This document shows, piece by piece, positions 36,909 to 46,830 of a DNA stretch of 64,000 nucleotides; the stretch's first letter is position 1, and each line of letters opens with the position of its first letter. The DNA comes from Minisyncoccota bacterium (GTDB lineage Bacteria > Patescibacteriota > Minisyncoccia > Phycocordibacterales > JACRKE01). Made by a program: the position numbers and the translations under genes. The notes under the pieces were generated by a model, which was not told the DNA's origin, made no database searches, and worked only from the letters and a program-made list of their open reading frames with translations. The stretch is from contig JBAZWG010000001.1 of assembly GCA_041660505.1 (NCBI GenBank), forward strand, positions 477,776-541,775, written 5' to 3'.

Positions 36909-38903
36909 ATGAACCAACGCCTGCGGAGCAAAGAAATATACATAGCGCTCGGTGTCGCGTTGCTTCTCGCAATATCTTACCTCGCCGGTACATTTGCCGG
37001 ACTCGAGAATTTCTTCGAAGATATTCTTGTCTCACAAAAGCCAGCCAGTGATAAAATAATCATCGTTGCGATAGATGATGCTTCTGTCGCTACAATAGGG
37101 CAGTGGCCGTGGCCGAGGGCAAAGCTTGCGGAACTCGTCACTACTGTCGATAATGCTCGCCCGCTTTCTGTCGGCCTGGATGTTATACCGCGTGAGCCCT
37201 CCCGGCTTGGTGTTGCCGACGATGCGGTTTTGCGCAAGGCTCTTGCTGGCTTAAAGACACATCTCGTACTTCCTGCTGAAGCAAATCCACTGTATCTCAC
37301 GAATCCGCCTCATGGGGATAAGCCGCTCTTACCACTTTCTAAATTTTTCGGGAAAGGTTTAGATCGCGTTGAGCTCGGGCAAGTTAACCTTGTCGCTGAC
37401 AGAGATAATAAAATTCGCCGATTACCGCGGACAATCCAATTCGATGTCGGAGTCCAGTATGAATCCTTTGCTTCGCGTACCGCGACACTTTCAGGACTGA
37501 ATATCCCAATTTTGTCTCGCCCAATAATTGACCGGATTGTGTATGCCGGCCCGAACGGTACAATACAGAATGTTCCCGCAGGGAAAGTATTAAACAAAGA
37601 CGTAGCTACACTTAAGTTGCTTGAGGGTAAAATGGTCTTCATCGGTGCGACCGCTTCAGACCTCCACGACGAGAAACCTACTCCTGCCGATCGTGGCTCG
37701 CAGATGAGCGGGGTAGAAATCCAGGCACAGATTGCGAACATGTTTCTTCAGGGCTACTCGTTGACTGCACTCGCAACATTCCCGATGATTTTCTTGATAT
37801 TTCTAACAGCGCTAATAGGCGCGCTGGTTTTCTTAATCTCAAAAAGTTCAACTAGGGCGCTCGTATACAACATCATTCTCGGCGTTATATATACGGTACT
37901 AATTATTATCGCTTTCGATTCTGGCGTTGCGATTAACTTTATTCATCTGCATCTCGCATGGATTGTCTCGACGGCCGGAATCTTTTGCTATCGATATTTC
38001 ATAGCCGACAAAGAGAAGCGTCAGCTCCGCTCGACATTCTCCAAGTATGTGTCTAAAGATGTGCTCGAAGACTTGCTTGCGAATCCGGAAAAAGTAAAGC
38101 TCGGCGGAGACGAGAAAGATGCGACTATCTTCTTCTCGGACGTGCGCGGCTTCACAACCCTTTCAGAAACAATGACGCCGACCCAGCTCACGCAGTTCTT
38201 GAATAAATACCTAACAGTAATGACCGATATCGTGCTCGAACGGCGCGGAGTCATAGACAAATATATCGGTGATGCCATTATGGGTTTCTGGGGTGCACCC
38301 TTGGACAATCCCGAACACGCGTTCGTTGCTGTTGAGACCGCGCTTGCAATGACCGAGGCGCTCGCGCAATTTAATCTAGAATCAAAAGCGCGCGGCGAGC
38401 TCGAGATTGATATCGGTATAGGATTGAACTCCGGCAAGGTTACGGCCGGCAATATGGGCTCTACCCAGCGCTTCGATTATACGGTGATGGGTGACACGGT
38501 AAATCTTGCATCGCGGCTAGAAGGGCAGACCAAGACGTACGGTATTCACATTCTCATTTCCGAAGCGACATTTAAATCAGCGCAACCGGAGAAACTCGAA
38601 CAGGCTGGAATTCTTGTGCGAGAACTGGATAGAATTAAGGTGAAAGGTAAAAAGCTGCCGGTGACAGTATTCCAAGTTGTTGATCGTGCGCTTGCGCCAA
38701 GTGTACGGAAAGTTTTAGAAGACTTCAACAGAGCTCGTGAGCAATATTACGCCGGCTCTTGGGATGGTTGTATTGAGTCTTGTAAAAAAATCCTCGCAGA
38801 ATATAATGATAAAGCCACGCATTTGTACTTAGACCGCGCAGAATATTTCCTCGAGCATCCGCCGGAGAATTGGGAAGGGGTGTATGAACTTAAGACCAAG
38901 TAA
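36909..38903 (+). CDS. CHASE2-domain class III adenylate/guanylate cyclase
   Basis: IDDAS...GQWPWPR, MSGVEI, FSDVRGFT, DKYIGDAIM, DYTVMGDTVNLASRLE, VKGK. Confidence 0.94.
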   Translation: MNQRLRSKEIYIALGVALLLAISYLAGTFAGLENFFEDILVSQKPASDKIIIVAIDDASVATIGQWPWPRAKLAELVTTVDNARPLSVGLDVIPREPSRLGVADDAVLRKALAGLKTHLVLPAEANPLYLTNPPHGDKPLLPLSKFFGKGLDRVELGQVNLVADRDNKIRRLPRTIQFDVGVQYESFASRTATLSGLNIPILSRPIIDRIVYAGPNGTIQNVPAGKVLNKDVATLKLLEGKMVFIGATASDLHDEKPTPADRGSQMSGVEIQAQIANMFLQGYSLTALATFPMIFLIFLTALIGALVFLISKSSTRALVYNIILGVIYTVLIIIAFDSGVAINFIHLHLAWIVSTAGIFCYRYFIADKEKRQLRSTFSKYVSKDVLEDLLANPEKVKLGGDEKDATIFFSDVRGFTTLSETMTPTQLTQFLNKYLTVMTDIVLERRGVIDKYIGDAIMGFWGAPLDNPEHAFVAVETALAMTEALAQFNLESKARGELEIDIGIGLNSGKVTAGNMGSTQRFDYTVMGDTVNLASRLEGQTKTYGIHILISEATFKSAQPEKLEQAGILVRELDRIKVKGKKLPVTVFQVVDRALAPSVRKVLEDFNRAREQYYAGSWDGCIESCKKILAEYNDKATHLYLDRAEYFLEHPPENWEGVYELKTK

Positions 38904-38943
38904 AAAACAAAACATCGCCCATGTTCTCGTTACCATATAACTC

Positions 38944-39618
38944 ATGGAGGTTAAGATAGAAAAGAGCTGGAAGTCTGCTTTGCAAGATGAATTTGGGAAA
39001 GAGTATTTCAAAACTCTTACTGGTTTTGTGCGGGCGGAATATAAAAACGGCAAAGTCTATCCACCCGCAAAGTTTATCTTTCGTGCTTTTGAGCTTACGC
39101 CTTTTGATAAAGTAAGAGTGGTGATACTCGGGCAGGATCCGTACCACGGCCCCGGTCAAGCGCACGGGCTTTCGTTCTCGGTGCCAGAAGGTATCGGCGC
39201 GCCGCCGTCATTACAAAACATATATAAAGAGCTTGAAGCCGACCTCGGTAAGACGCTTGGACGCTCTTCTTCCAAGTCGGGTAATCTGGAACATTGGGCA
39301 GGGCAGGGAGTTTTACTATTAAACGCAACACTCACCGTGCGGGCGCATCAGGCTGGCAGTCATCAGCATAAGGGCTGGGAGGAATTTACCGACGCGGTTA
39401 TGCGGACACTGTCACAAAAGCGCGAGCACCTCGTCTTTATATTATGGGGCAGATATGCAAGGGAAAAGGGAAGCGTCGTAGATGTTGCCAAACATCTGGT
39501 TATCGAGTCGGCACACCCATCGCCCTTCGCCGCGTACGCGGGATTCTTCGGCTCCAAGCCATTCAGTAAAACAAACGCCTATTTAGTAAGGCATGGACAA
39601 CCGCCCATTGAGTGGTAA
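38944..39618 (+). CDS. ung: Uracil-DNA glycosylase
   Basis: ILGQDPYH, QAHGLSFSV, PPSLQNIYKEL, GVLLLN, HPSP. Confidence 0.97.
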   Translation: MEVKIEKSWKSALQDEFGKEYFKTLTGFVRAEYKNGKVYPPAKFIFRAFELTPFDKVRVVILGQDPYHGPGQAHGLSFSVPEGIGAPPSLQNIYKELEADLGKTLGRSSSKSGNLEHWAGQGVLLLNATLTVRAHQAGSHQHKGWEEFTDAVMRTLSQKREHLVFILWGRYAREKGSVVDVAKHLVIESAHPSPFAAYAGFFGSKPFSKTNAYLVRHGQPPIEW

Positions 39619-39627
39619 GATACTTAT

Positions 39628-39912
39628 ATGACATCTCTTGCACGATCAGACATATTCTTTATTATCACCGGTGTCGCTGTGGTAGCGCTATCACTGATTT
39701 TTCTGGTAATTCTGATTTACGTCGCATATATCATGAAAGAGCTTCATCATATTATGCGCGTTGTTCACCGCGAGAGCGAGCTTATTTCTGAAGATATTGC
39801 CGAACTACGCACCAAAGTCGCAACCCAAGGATTCAAGTGGTCGTCTATATTTATATTTCTACGCAAACTCTGGAGATTCAAGTCTTCGAAAAAGAAACGG
39901 GACGATTTCTAA
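39628..39912 (+). CDS. Hypothetical membrane protein
   Basis: DIFFIIT..V TM helix followed by a coiled coil. Confidence 0.7.
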   Translation: MTSLARSDIFFIITGVAVVALSLIFLVILIYVAYIMKELHHIMRVVHRESELISEDIAELRTKVATQGFKWSSIFIFLRKLWRFKSSKKKRDDF

Positions 39913-39949
39913 AAACTAAGAACTATCAACTAAAAACTAACTAAAAAGT

Positions 39950-40300
39950 ATGGCAAATACAAAAAGTAAAGTAGAAACCGGGGCGGTAGTGGCGACAGCG
40001 ATTCTTGCCGCGGTGGCAGGGTCGTACTATCTCTACAGCAAGTTTGACAAGACGCAAAAGCGTAAAGTAAAGAGCTGGGCGCTTCGTCTTAAGGCTGATG
40101 TGTTGGATGAGCTCGAAAATCTACAGGAGATAAGCAAAGATGCGTACGAGCAGGTTGTCGATGTTGCCAGCGCAAAATACGCGAAGCTCAAGAATGTCGA
40201 TACCGATGAACTGCACTTGCTTGCCAAAGATATGAAAAAACATTGGAGTGCCATACAAAAAACCGTTGCGTCACGGACCAAAAAAGCCTTCAAGAAATAG
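39950..40300 (+). CDS. Hypothetical protein with N-terminal membrane anchor
   Basis: AAVAGSYYLY...KVKSWALRLKADVL. Confidence 0.7.
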   Translation: MANTKSKVETGAVVATAILAAVAGSYYLYSKFDKTQKRKVKSWALRLKADVLDELENLQEISKDAYEQVVDVASAKYAKLKNVDTDELHLLAKDMKKHWSAIQKTVASRTKKAFKK

Positions 40301-40363
40301 CCGAGACCCAAGTTGAACAATAACCCTGTTTGCAAAAGTGTCAAAAACGGCTAGAATGGGGGA

Positions 40364-41350
40364 ATGGAAAATAAAGCGGAAAAGAAACAAGTTCTAGTCA
40401 CCGGCTTGCGCCCATCGGCCAATTTGCATATTGGCAACTACCTTGGCGCTGTTAAGCCAATGATTGAAGCTATTGCGGCCAATCCAGGAGCCGAGGTTTT
40501 TATGTTTGTAGCCGATATCCACGGCCTGACCGATAGCTCGCCCGACACCATCAAACAATATCGCCACGAAGTGGTGAAGGATTATCTTGCCCTTGGTTTG
40601 AACCCCAAGCGCGTATCTCTATATATACAGTCTGCAATTGCCGGCGAACTTTCTTATCTTACGCTTTTGCTTGCACGATACACAACATTCAATGACCTGA
40701 TGCGCGTGCCAACGCTTAAAGATAAATTGAAAGTCAATCAAGAGGCGGGGCAGGCGAATGCTTTACTCGGATTTTATCCGATTCTGATGGCGGCCGACGT
40801 GCTCATACACAAAGGGACACTCGTGCCGATTGGAGAGGACCAGATTTCTCACCTCGAGAAGATGCGCGAGTTCGGCGAGAAGTTTAATAACGAGTTCGGC
40901 AAGATATTTCCCATGCCGCAGCCGCACAGTATGAAGTTGTTGCGCATAATGGCATTGAAGGGTGACGGCAAGATGAGCAAGTCGCATCCCGAGGGCGCAC
41001 TCTTCCTGACCGATAGTGCCGAAGAGATCAAGAAAAAGATTTCGCGCGCCGAGACGGCGACGGAGGGCGTAATGACCCCGAGCTTCGAGAGTTTGCTCAC
41101 GGTGGCATGCGAATTCGGTGTCGAGACAGAGCAATTCGTTGCCGATCATTTGGCAGGTAAGCAGATTATGGGCGACTTTAAGAAAGCTTTGAGCGATGCG
41201 CTCGTCGAGTTTGTTACAGAATTCCAGACCAAGCGGGCGCGCATAACAAATGAACAAGTTGCACATATTGTCGAAGAAGGTGCGAAGGCCGCAAGGGCGA
41301 GCGCCGAGCGCACAATGCAAGAAGTATTACAAGTAATGAAATTTAATTAA
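40364..41350 (+). CDS. trpS: Tryptophanyl-tRNA synthetase
   Basis: TGLRPSANLHIGNY, ADIHG, YPILMAAD, PIGEDQ, KMSKS. Confidence 0.96.
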   Translation: MENKAEKKQVLVTGLRPSANLHIGNYLGAVKPMIEAIAANPGAEVFMFVADIHGLTDSSPDTIKQYRHEVVKDYLALGLNPKRVSLYIQSAIAGELSYLTLLLARYTTFNDLMRVPTLKDKLKVNQEAGQANALLGFYPILMAADVLIHKGTLVPIGEDQISHLEKMREFGEKFNNEFGKIFPMPQPHSMKLLRIMALKGDGKMSKSHPEGALFLTDSAEEIKKKISRAETATEGVMTPSFESLLTVACEFGVETEQFVADHLAGKQIMGDFKKALSDALVEFVTEFQTKRARITNEQVAHIVEEGAKAARASAERTMQEVLQVMKFN

Positions 41351-41357
41351 TTATTTT

Positions 41358-42059
41358 ATGGAAGATAAGAACTATACGCTGTGGGGCGGAGTCACTCTGG
41401 GTGTTGTCGTAATCGTTCTCGGTATTATGTGGTTCGTCGGGAATACGCCGGCGCCCAAGCCGGGTGGGAATATTGTCGCACCACCGGTGACAGAAGCCGA
41501 CTGGCAAGAGGGCGCCAGCACCTTACCCCTTACGCTCGTAGAATATAGTGACTTCCAATGTCCGGCTTGCGGAGCTTATTATCCGGTCGTTCAGAAGTTG
41601 AAGGCAGAGTACGCCACATCCACTCGCTTCGTTTATCGCCACTTTCCGTTGCCGCAACACTTGGATGCTAAGTACGGTGCTTACGCGGCCGAGGCGGCTG
41701 GTAAGCAAGGCAAATTCTTCGAGATGCATGATATGCTCTTCGAGAAGCAAACAGAATGGGGAATAGATACGAAGGTTTTGCTCGGCGACCCAGAAGAATT
41801 AACTCCAGCAATGGAAGCGGTCCTCATGCCGAAACTACTTTCATACGCGCAAAAGCTAGGACTGGACATTGATAAATTCAAAGCAGATATAGTCTCGAAA
41901 GAAATCAAAGACAAGATCGATACCGCAATCGCCGACGGCCGTACGCTCGACATTCCGGCGACTCCGACCTTCTTCCTGAACGGCAAACAACTAGAGCCTA
42001 ACCCGAATGGTTTTGACGAGTTTAAAAAATTAATCGATGCCGCTCTCCCGAAATCATAA
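41358..42059 (+). CDS. DsbA family thiol-disulfide oxidoreductase
   Basis: EYSDFQCPAC, YRHFPL, ATPTFFLNG. Confidence 0.93.
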   Translation: MEDKNYTLWGGVTLGVVVIVLGIMWFVGNTPAPKPGGNIVAPPVTEADWQEGASTLPLTLVEYSDFQCPACGAYYPVVQKLKAEYATSTRFVYRHFPLPQHLDAKYGAYAAEAAGKQGKFFEMHDMLFEKQTEWGIDTKVLLGDPEELTPAMEAVLMPKLLSYAQKLGLDIDKFKADIVSKEIKDKIDTAIADGRTLDIPATPTFFLNGKQLEPNPNGFDEFKKLIDAALPKS

Positions 42060-42498
42060 ACTTATTATTGGACTCCTCTTGGGTCTGGCGATTGCCGGCT
42101 TCGTTGACGCAACCTATTTGACTATCGAGCATTACATGGGCGTGATACCGCCGTGCGTGCTGACGACCGGATGTGACACGGTGACGACCAGTTCCTACTC
42201 CACACTCTTCGGCATCTACGTCGCGCTCTATGGTGCGTTCTACTATCTGGCGCTCATGGTGTTTTGTATCCATATAATGAGCACAAGCAGACACCACCTC
42301 TTCAGGCATGTTGCCCAGCTGTCGTGGATCGGCCTCGCCGCGGCAATCTACTTCACCTCGCTCCAAGTGTTCGTCATCCGCGCCTACTGCATCTACTGTC
42401 TAACTTCGGCAACTATCTCGACTGCGCTATTCATCTTCGCCCACTACATGTGGCGCGAACATAATAGACACATAAAAAGTTTTTCATCTAATGCCTAA
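42037..42498 (+). CDS. Vitamin K epoxide reductase (VKOR) family protein
   Basis: C....GCDTVTTSSYS, CIYC, four TM helices. Confidence 0.92.
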   Translation: MPLSRNHKLIIGLLLGLAIAGFVDATYLTIEHYMGVIPPCVLTTGCDTVTTSSYSTLFGIYVALYGAFYYLALMVFCIHIMSTSRHHLFRHVAQLSWIGLAAAIYFTSLQVFVIRAYCIYCLTSATISTALFIFAHYMWREHNRHIKSFSSNA

Positions 42499-43186
42499 AA
42501 AATACATCGTCACTATCGACGGGGCGGCGGGGACGGGGAAGAGCACCTCGGCCGGGATGCTGGCTGAACGATTGGGTTGGCTCTATGTGAACTCCGGATA
42601 TATTTATCGCGCCGCGACCCTGCTCGGCTTGCGGGCGAAGCTTTTCGATAGGGAGGATTTAAAAGACCACGAGATAGAATCGGAACTGGTAAAACTTATG
42701 CGTGATACGCAGTTCGATTTCAAAAGAGCCGACGGCGGTGCGGCGCATATGTATTTGAACGACGAGGATGTTACGCCGCTCCTGAAATCTCATGAAGTGG
42801 AGATACGAGTCTCGCCGGTCGCGCAATACATGAAGGTGCGCGAGGAGGCGGTGATAATCCAGCGCCGTGAAGCCGAGAAGAATTCATTGGTCGTCGAAGG
42901 GCGTGATACGGGGACAGTAGTGTTCCCAGACGCCGATGTTAAATTTTACCTGACCGCCTCGCTTGATGTGCAAGCAGACAGGCAGATGAAGGAGCGTAAT
43001 GCGCGCGGAGAGCCGCAACTTACCATGGATGAGCTCAAGCGCCAGATTGCGGTCCGCGACGCACGGGACTTAGAGCGTCACTTGCGCAAGCCCGAAGGCG
43101 CCATTGAAGTTAATACCGATAAAATAAACGCCGAAGAGGTTGTCAATTTATTAGAGCGCCAAGTTCGAGCATCACTAAATTTATGA
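42491..43186 (+). CDS. cmk: Cytidylate kinase
   Basis: TIDGAAGTGKST, SGYIYRA, EGRDTGTVVFPDA..KFYLTAS, RDARD. Confidence 0.95.
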   Translation: MPKKYIVTIDGAAGTGKSTSAGMLAERLGWLYVNSGYIYRAATLLGLRAKLFDREDLKDHEIESELVKLMRDTQFDFKRADGGAAHMYLNDEDVTPLLKSHEVEIRVSPVAQYMKVREEAVIIQRREAEKNSLVVEGRDTGTVVFPDADVKFYLTASLDVQADRQMKERNARGEPQLTMDELKRQIAVRDARDLERHLRKPEGAIEVNTDKINAEEVVNLLERQVRASLNL

Positions 43187-43917
43187 AAAAATTATTAGGT
43201 CTCATTATTCTTATTATTTTTGCCGCGCTTATTTGGTTTGGCAAGCAATCTTCGCAGCCGGATTATACTGTCGTTACGAGTAAGATAGGCGAAGAGAATG
43301 TCGCAGAGAAATATTCGCTAGATCTAGAGTACCCCTCGTTTCTTTCGGACAGCCAGAAATTTCAATTTATAAACGCCGACATCCACGAACTCATTGCGAC
43401 GACCAGTTTACAATTTCACGAGAATGCTAAAGACTACGCGCAATACATCAAAGATAATAATCTCGAAGCGGAAGGATTAACTCAAGGGAGCTCTCTTGTT
43501 ATTGGGTATGAGGTGGCTACCGGTACGACAGGAGTGTTACCGGTGAAGATAGTAATAGAAGAGTACAATGCCGGTGCGGCGCATCCGAACCATATCACGG
43601 TGACGCGTAATTATGACATATCAATGCAGAAGATCTTGAGTCTTGCGGATTTGTTCGCACAGAACGTGGACTATCTGGCCGTGATTGCGAAATATAGCAA
43701 GAGAGCCCTAGAGAAAAAATTCGAAGCGGACCAAGTACCGACAGATCCAGAATGGCTTGCAACTGGGACGGAGCCGAAGGCAGAGAACTATGAAGCCTGG
43801 CTCGCAGAAGCAGATGGCCTACACATAATCTTCAACGAATATCAGGTGGTCGCGTATGCCTACGGCGTACCAGAAATAGTTATCCCATGGAACGAACTTC
43901 AGAAGATCAAAAAATAA
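43183..43917 (+). CDS. DUF3298/RsiV-like exported protein
   Basis: N-terminal TM, GAAHP, NYD...LSLADLF, FNEYQV.AYAYG. Confidence 0.82.
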   Translation: MKKLLGLIILIIFAALIWFGKQSSQPDYTVVTSKIGEENVAEKYSLDLEYPSFLSDSQKFQFINADIHELIATTSLQFHENAKDYAQYIKDNNLEAEGLTQGSSLVIGYEVATGTTGVLPVKIVIEEYNAGAAHPNHITVTRNYDISMQKILSLADLFAQNVDYLAVIAKYSKRALEKKFEADQVPTDPEWLATGTEPKAENYEAWLAEADGLHIIFNEYQVVAYAYGVPEIVIPWNELQKIKK

Positions 43918-44939
43918 AGCAAGAGAAGACTTTTGTTTCGCGCGGTGGGCTCAAGCTTGAACATGCGCTCAATGAATTTAAGGTAGATGTGGCTGGCCTC
44001 ACTGTTCTTGATGTCGGCTCGTCAACAGGAGGCTTCGTCGACTGCTTACTCCAACGCGGTGCGGCCAAGGTCTTTGCTGTCGATACCGCCTATGGCGAGT
44101 TCGCATGGACTCTGCGCAACGACCCGCGCGTGGTCGTGATGGAGCGGACGAATATTTTACATCTTAAAGAGCTTTCAAGTTCCACCAACCTCACCCCTGC
44201 ACCCCTCTCCGAAGGAGAGGGGGAATTTGGATACCAAAAAACGGACCCGAAAACATGGCATTTATTACAAGAAGCCACATTGGAAATGCGAAAGAATCCC
44301 ACTCAAGCGGAAAAAATTTTGTGGGAAGCATTAAGAGACCTTGCCCCCTCTCCCTCTGGGATGGCGGGGATAAGGTTTCGAAGGCAACATATCATCGGCC
44401 GATTTATTTCAGATTTCGTATGTTTACCAAAGAGACTCGTAGTTGAAGTAGACGGAGATATTCACGATTATCAAAAAGCCGCTGATGAAATTCGCACAGA
44501 ATATCTTACGAATCTTGGCTATACTGTTATCAGATTTAACAATGATAGAGTCTTAAATGATCTACAAAATGTAATCAGAGAAATTGAATCTCGTATTCAT
44601 CCCCCCTCTCCTTCGGAGAGGGGGACGGGGGGTGAGGTTGTCGACTTCATCACAATAGACGCGAGCTGGACCAAGCTTACGCTAATCTTACCGGTAGTGC
44701 AGAAGTTTTTGAAACCCAGTGGGAGAGTCATTGCGCTACTCAAGCCACATTATGAAGCTTCGCAATCGATCTTGCGTAAGGGCGTCTTGAAGGACGATAA
44801 AGTGGCAGAGATTGTGACGAAAGTGTCCGCCACTATCGAAGCTCAGGGCTGGAAAATAAACGGCCAAACAGAGTCACCGATACTCGGCGGAGGAGGTAAT
44901 AGAGAGTTCTTGATACTACTTACTCTTAAACAGCCATAG
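43887..44939 (+). CDS. tlyA: TlyA/FtsJ-family rRNA methyltransferase with in-frame DUF559 endonuclease insertion
   Basis: [25 protein letters not shown], then insert, then [25 protein letters not shown]; start uncertain. Confidence 0.88.
   Translation: MERTSEDQKIKQEKTFVSRGGLKLEHALNEFKVDVAGLTVLDVGSSTGGFVDCLLQRGAAKVFAVDTAYGEFAWTLRNDPRVVVMERTNILHLKELSSSTNLTPAPLSEGEGEFGYQKTDPKTWHLLQEATLEMRKNPTQAEKILWEALRDLAPSPSGMAGIRFRRQHIIGRFISDFVCLPKRLVVEVDGDIHDYQKAADEIRTEYLTNLGYTVIRFNNDRVLNDLQNVIREIESRIHPPSPSERGTGGEVVDFITIDASWTKLTLILPVVQKFLKPSGRVIALLKPHYEASQSILRKGVLKDDKVAEIVTKVSATIEAQGWKINGQTESPILGGGGNREFLILLTLKQP
44186..44640 (+). mobile_element. Inverted-repeat-bounded DUF559 (Vsr-like) endonuclease element
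   Basis: [35 protein letters not shown]...GY.VIRF.N between ~38-bp inverted arms. Confidence 0.82.
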
Positions 44940-44949
44940 AATAAAGAGT

Positions 44950-45351
44950 GTGAAAATTCCCGCAGACATTGCTAAAAAGTTTCTCGAGTGGATCAAAGTA
45001 AAGATTTTCACTGAAATTTCTGGTCGCCACTTGATTTTCAGTGAAGGTGAGATCTGGTGGACAAGTATCGGGCACAATATTGGTATGGAATCAAACGGTA
45101 AGAATGAAAACTTTGAACGCCCGGTGCTGATACTTCGTAAATTCGGCAAAGACTCATTCTGGGGAATTTCTGTTTCGAGTAATATTAGAATAGACCATTT
45201 CTACTATAGATTTAAGTTAAAAGGAGAAGAGTATTGTCTTAATCTCTCTCAACTTCGGCTATTAAGCTCAAAAAGATTACTGAGGCGCGTCGGTTATTTT
45301 AACGCGGAAGATTTTACTAAGGTCAGATCTCTCATTAAAGATTTGGTATAA
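44950..45351 (+). CDS. PemK/MazF-like toxin (orphan)
   Basis: GEIWWTSIGHNIG.E.NGK...FERPVLILRK, LSQLR..SSKRL. Confidence 0.8.
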   Translation: MKIPADIAKKFLEWIKVKIFTEISGRHLIFSEGEIWWTSIGHNIGMESNGKNENFERPVLILRKFGKDSFWGISVSSNIRIDHFYYRFKLKGEEYCLNLSQLRLLSSKRLLRRVGYFNAEDFTKVRSLIKDLV

Positions 45352-45440
45352 AAAACGGAACCCCCTTGCGGGGGTTCCTCGGGTCTCCATGGCTGGAGCA
45401 TAATGAGGATAGTATACCCCGCCACCCCAGCTTTTCCTAC

Positions 45441-45470
45441 TTGACAGATAGCCGTAAAGTATGCTAAATT
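45441..45470 (+). promoter_or_regulatory. Putative sigma70 promoter upstream of the DGR target
   Basis: TTGACA...TGCTAAATT (extended -10-like). Confidence 0.5.
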
Positions 45471-45509
45471 ATATGGCAGTTTTGACAACTAAATACTTGC
45501 GAACATAAA

Positions 45510-45595
45510 GCTGGTTTCAGCCCCTAGAATATAGCCACTTGGACATTCCGTGTCCAAGTGAAGTGAAGGCTGTATTTTGAGGGCTGAATACCAGC
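45510..45595 (+). other. Long interrupted hairpin in the 5' leader of the DGR target
   Basis: GCTGGT/ACCAGC, TTCAGCCC/GGGCTGAA, AATATAGCC/GGCTGTATT, CACTTGGACA/TGTCCAAGTG nested stems. Confidence 0.7.
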
Positions 45596-45676
45596 ATACT
45601 GGCAAACCTGAATCGCTGGCATACTGCTAGCGCGTGAGGTGAGCCATCCCGCCGAGGCGGGAGAAAGGAGCCAGAA

Positions 45677-46342
45677 ATGGCTAAGAAATCAGAGTCCAAG
45701 GTCTGAGCGATCGTGTCGGCGATGGGGGTTCTCCTCACCGTACTCACCGCCATCGTCACCGGCCTCCGCAGGAGGAAAGTGACGGAGGCCATGGTCTACG
45801 AGCTCGGGACGCCGGAAGGTGTGCCAACGCTCGAGAGGATCATGGATGCCGTCGCGGGGATTTTGGTCCCCATGACAGAGGCAGCCAAAGTGGCCGTCGA
45901 AACCGTCCGCGACTTCATTTCCCTCCGGGCCACGGTCGAATGCGATTTCGACAAAGGCCTTAAGGCGGTCGTTGAACTGGTCAAGAAGGCATTGGGGCTG
46001 ACCTACGTCAACCCCGACGTCTTCAAAATCGAGTGGTCATGGAAGGGGTTGCAAAACCTCGACATGGCCCTGTTCCATTTCAACAGGAACATGTCGACCG
46101 ACGCCGCGGAGAAGGAGATGGACGATGCGGGCTATCGGCCCGCAAACATTGCGGAGTTGCTTTTCTTCGCACTGTTCCACCCCGAGCTCTTCTTGAGCTA
46201 TCCGCTGGTTGCTCTAGGCTCGCAGTTCGGCGACTACTCGCCGTGCCTGTACGGTTGGTGCGGCGGCCACCGCAGCCTGAGCCTCCACCTTCGGGGCGGC
46301 GCTTGGTACGGCTTCTCTCGGTCCCTCGGTGTCCGCAAGTAA
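45677..46342 (+). CDS. DGR target protein with C-terminal variable region (in-frame TGA at codon 10; open from GTG 45713)
   Basis: AAAGGAG RBS + ATG 45677; GYRPANIAELL...HPEL...PLVALGS precedes VR; the C-type-lectin-like fold is inferred from DGR targets generally. Confidence 0.85.
46216..46339 (+). repeat. DGR variable repeat (VR)
   Basis: Ungapped match to 46695-46818; 25 mismatches, 24 opposite TR adenines. Confidence 0.95.
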
Positions 46343-46353
46343 CTTCGAAAACT

Positions 46354-46400
46354 GGTCACCGGAGACCCTGGGCATTTCCTTGCCCTTGGTCTCCTTGACC
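46354..46400 (+). promoter_or_regulatory. Hairpin downstream of VR (candidate DGR homing cis element)
   Basis: GGTCA/TGACC, GGAGACC/GGTCTCC, GGGCA/TGCCC nested stems 11 nt after the stop. Confidence 0.65.
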
Positions 46401-46405
46401 CCTGG

Positions 46406-46443
46406 ACCCCGCGTTCTATCACAGAACGCGGGGTTTGCATTTA
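46406..46443 (+). terminator. Intrinsic terminator after the DGR target
   Basis: ACCCCGCGTTCT-ATCAC-AGAACGCGGGGT + TTGCATTT. Confidence 0.7.
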
Positions 46444-46694
46444 TAAACCACTTTGATATGCTCAACCTCGGATAGTAGGCGAATCTGCTCGCGGTTACGA
46501 CTTCGAGCGGCCGAACTCTGAAAATTAGATTGCCGGAGTTGTGTCGGTTGCGGCTTGCACAAGTGTGCGCTCTAATCTTTCTAAAAACTGAAGATACTTG
46601 GTGCGGTGTGCTACGGGATTATAGATCTCGAAGACGTTACAACCCCGAGAGTACTCGAGGGGCCGTGATCGGACGGCATATCGCGCAACGTGGC

Positions 46695-46818
46695 AGGCTC
46701 ACAGTTCGACGACTACTCGCCGTACCTGAACGATTGGAACGACGACAACCGCAACCTGAACCTCAACCATCGGAGCAACGATTGGAACGACAACTATCGG
46801 TTCCTCGGTGTCCGCAAA
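46695..46818 (+). ncRNA. DGR template repeat (TR)
   Basis: AAC-rich (9 AAC codons, 36 A in 124 nt) template copy of VR. Confidence 0.93.
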
Positions 46819-46830
46819 TCTCTTCACTTC

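Noticed and set aside
44186-44640. tlyA insertion as an intein or self-splicing intron
   Set aside because: No intein terminal His-Asn motif or splicing blocks, and no recognisable group I/II intron core
45704-45706. TGA as evidence for genetic code 25 or selenocysteine
   Set aside because: Other genes (atpH, the TPM gene, the LAGLIDADG gene) end in TGA, long ORFs have no internal TGA, and there is no redox-motif context
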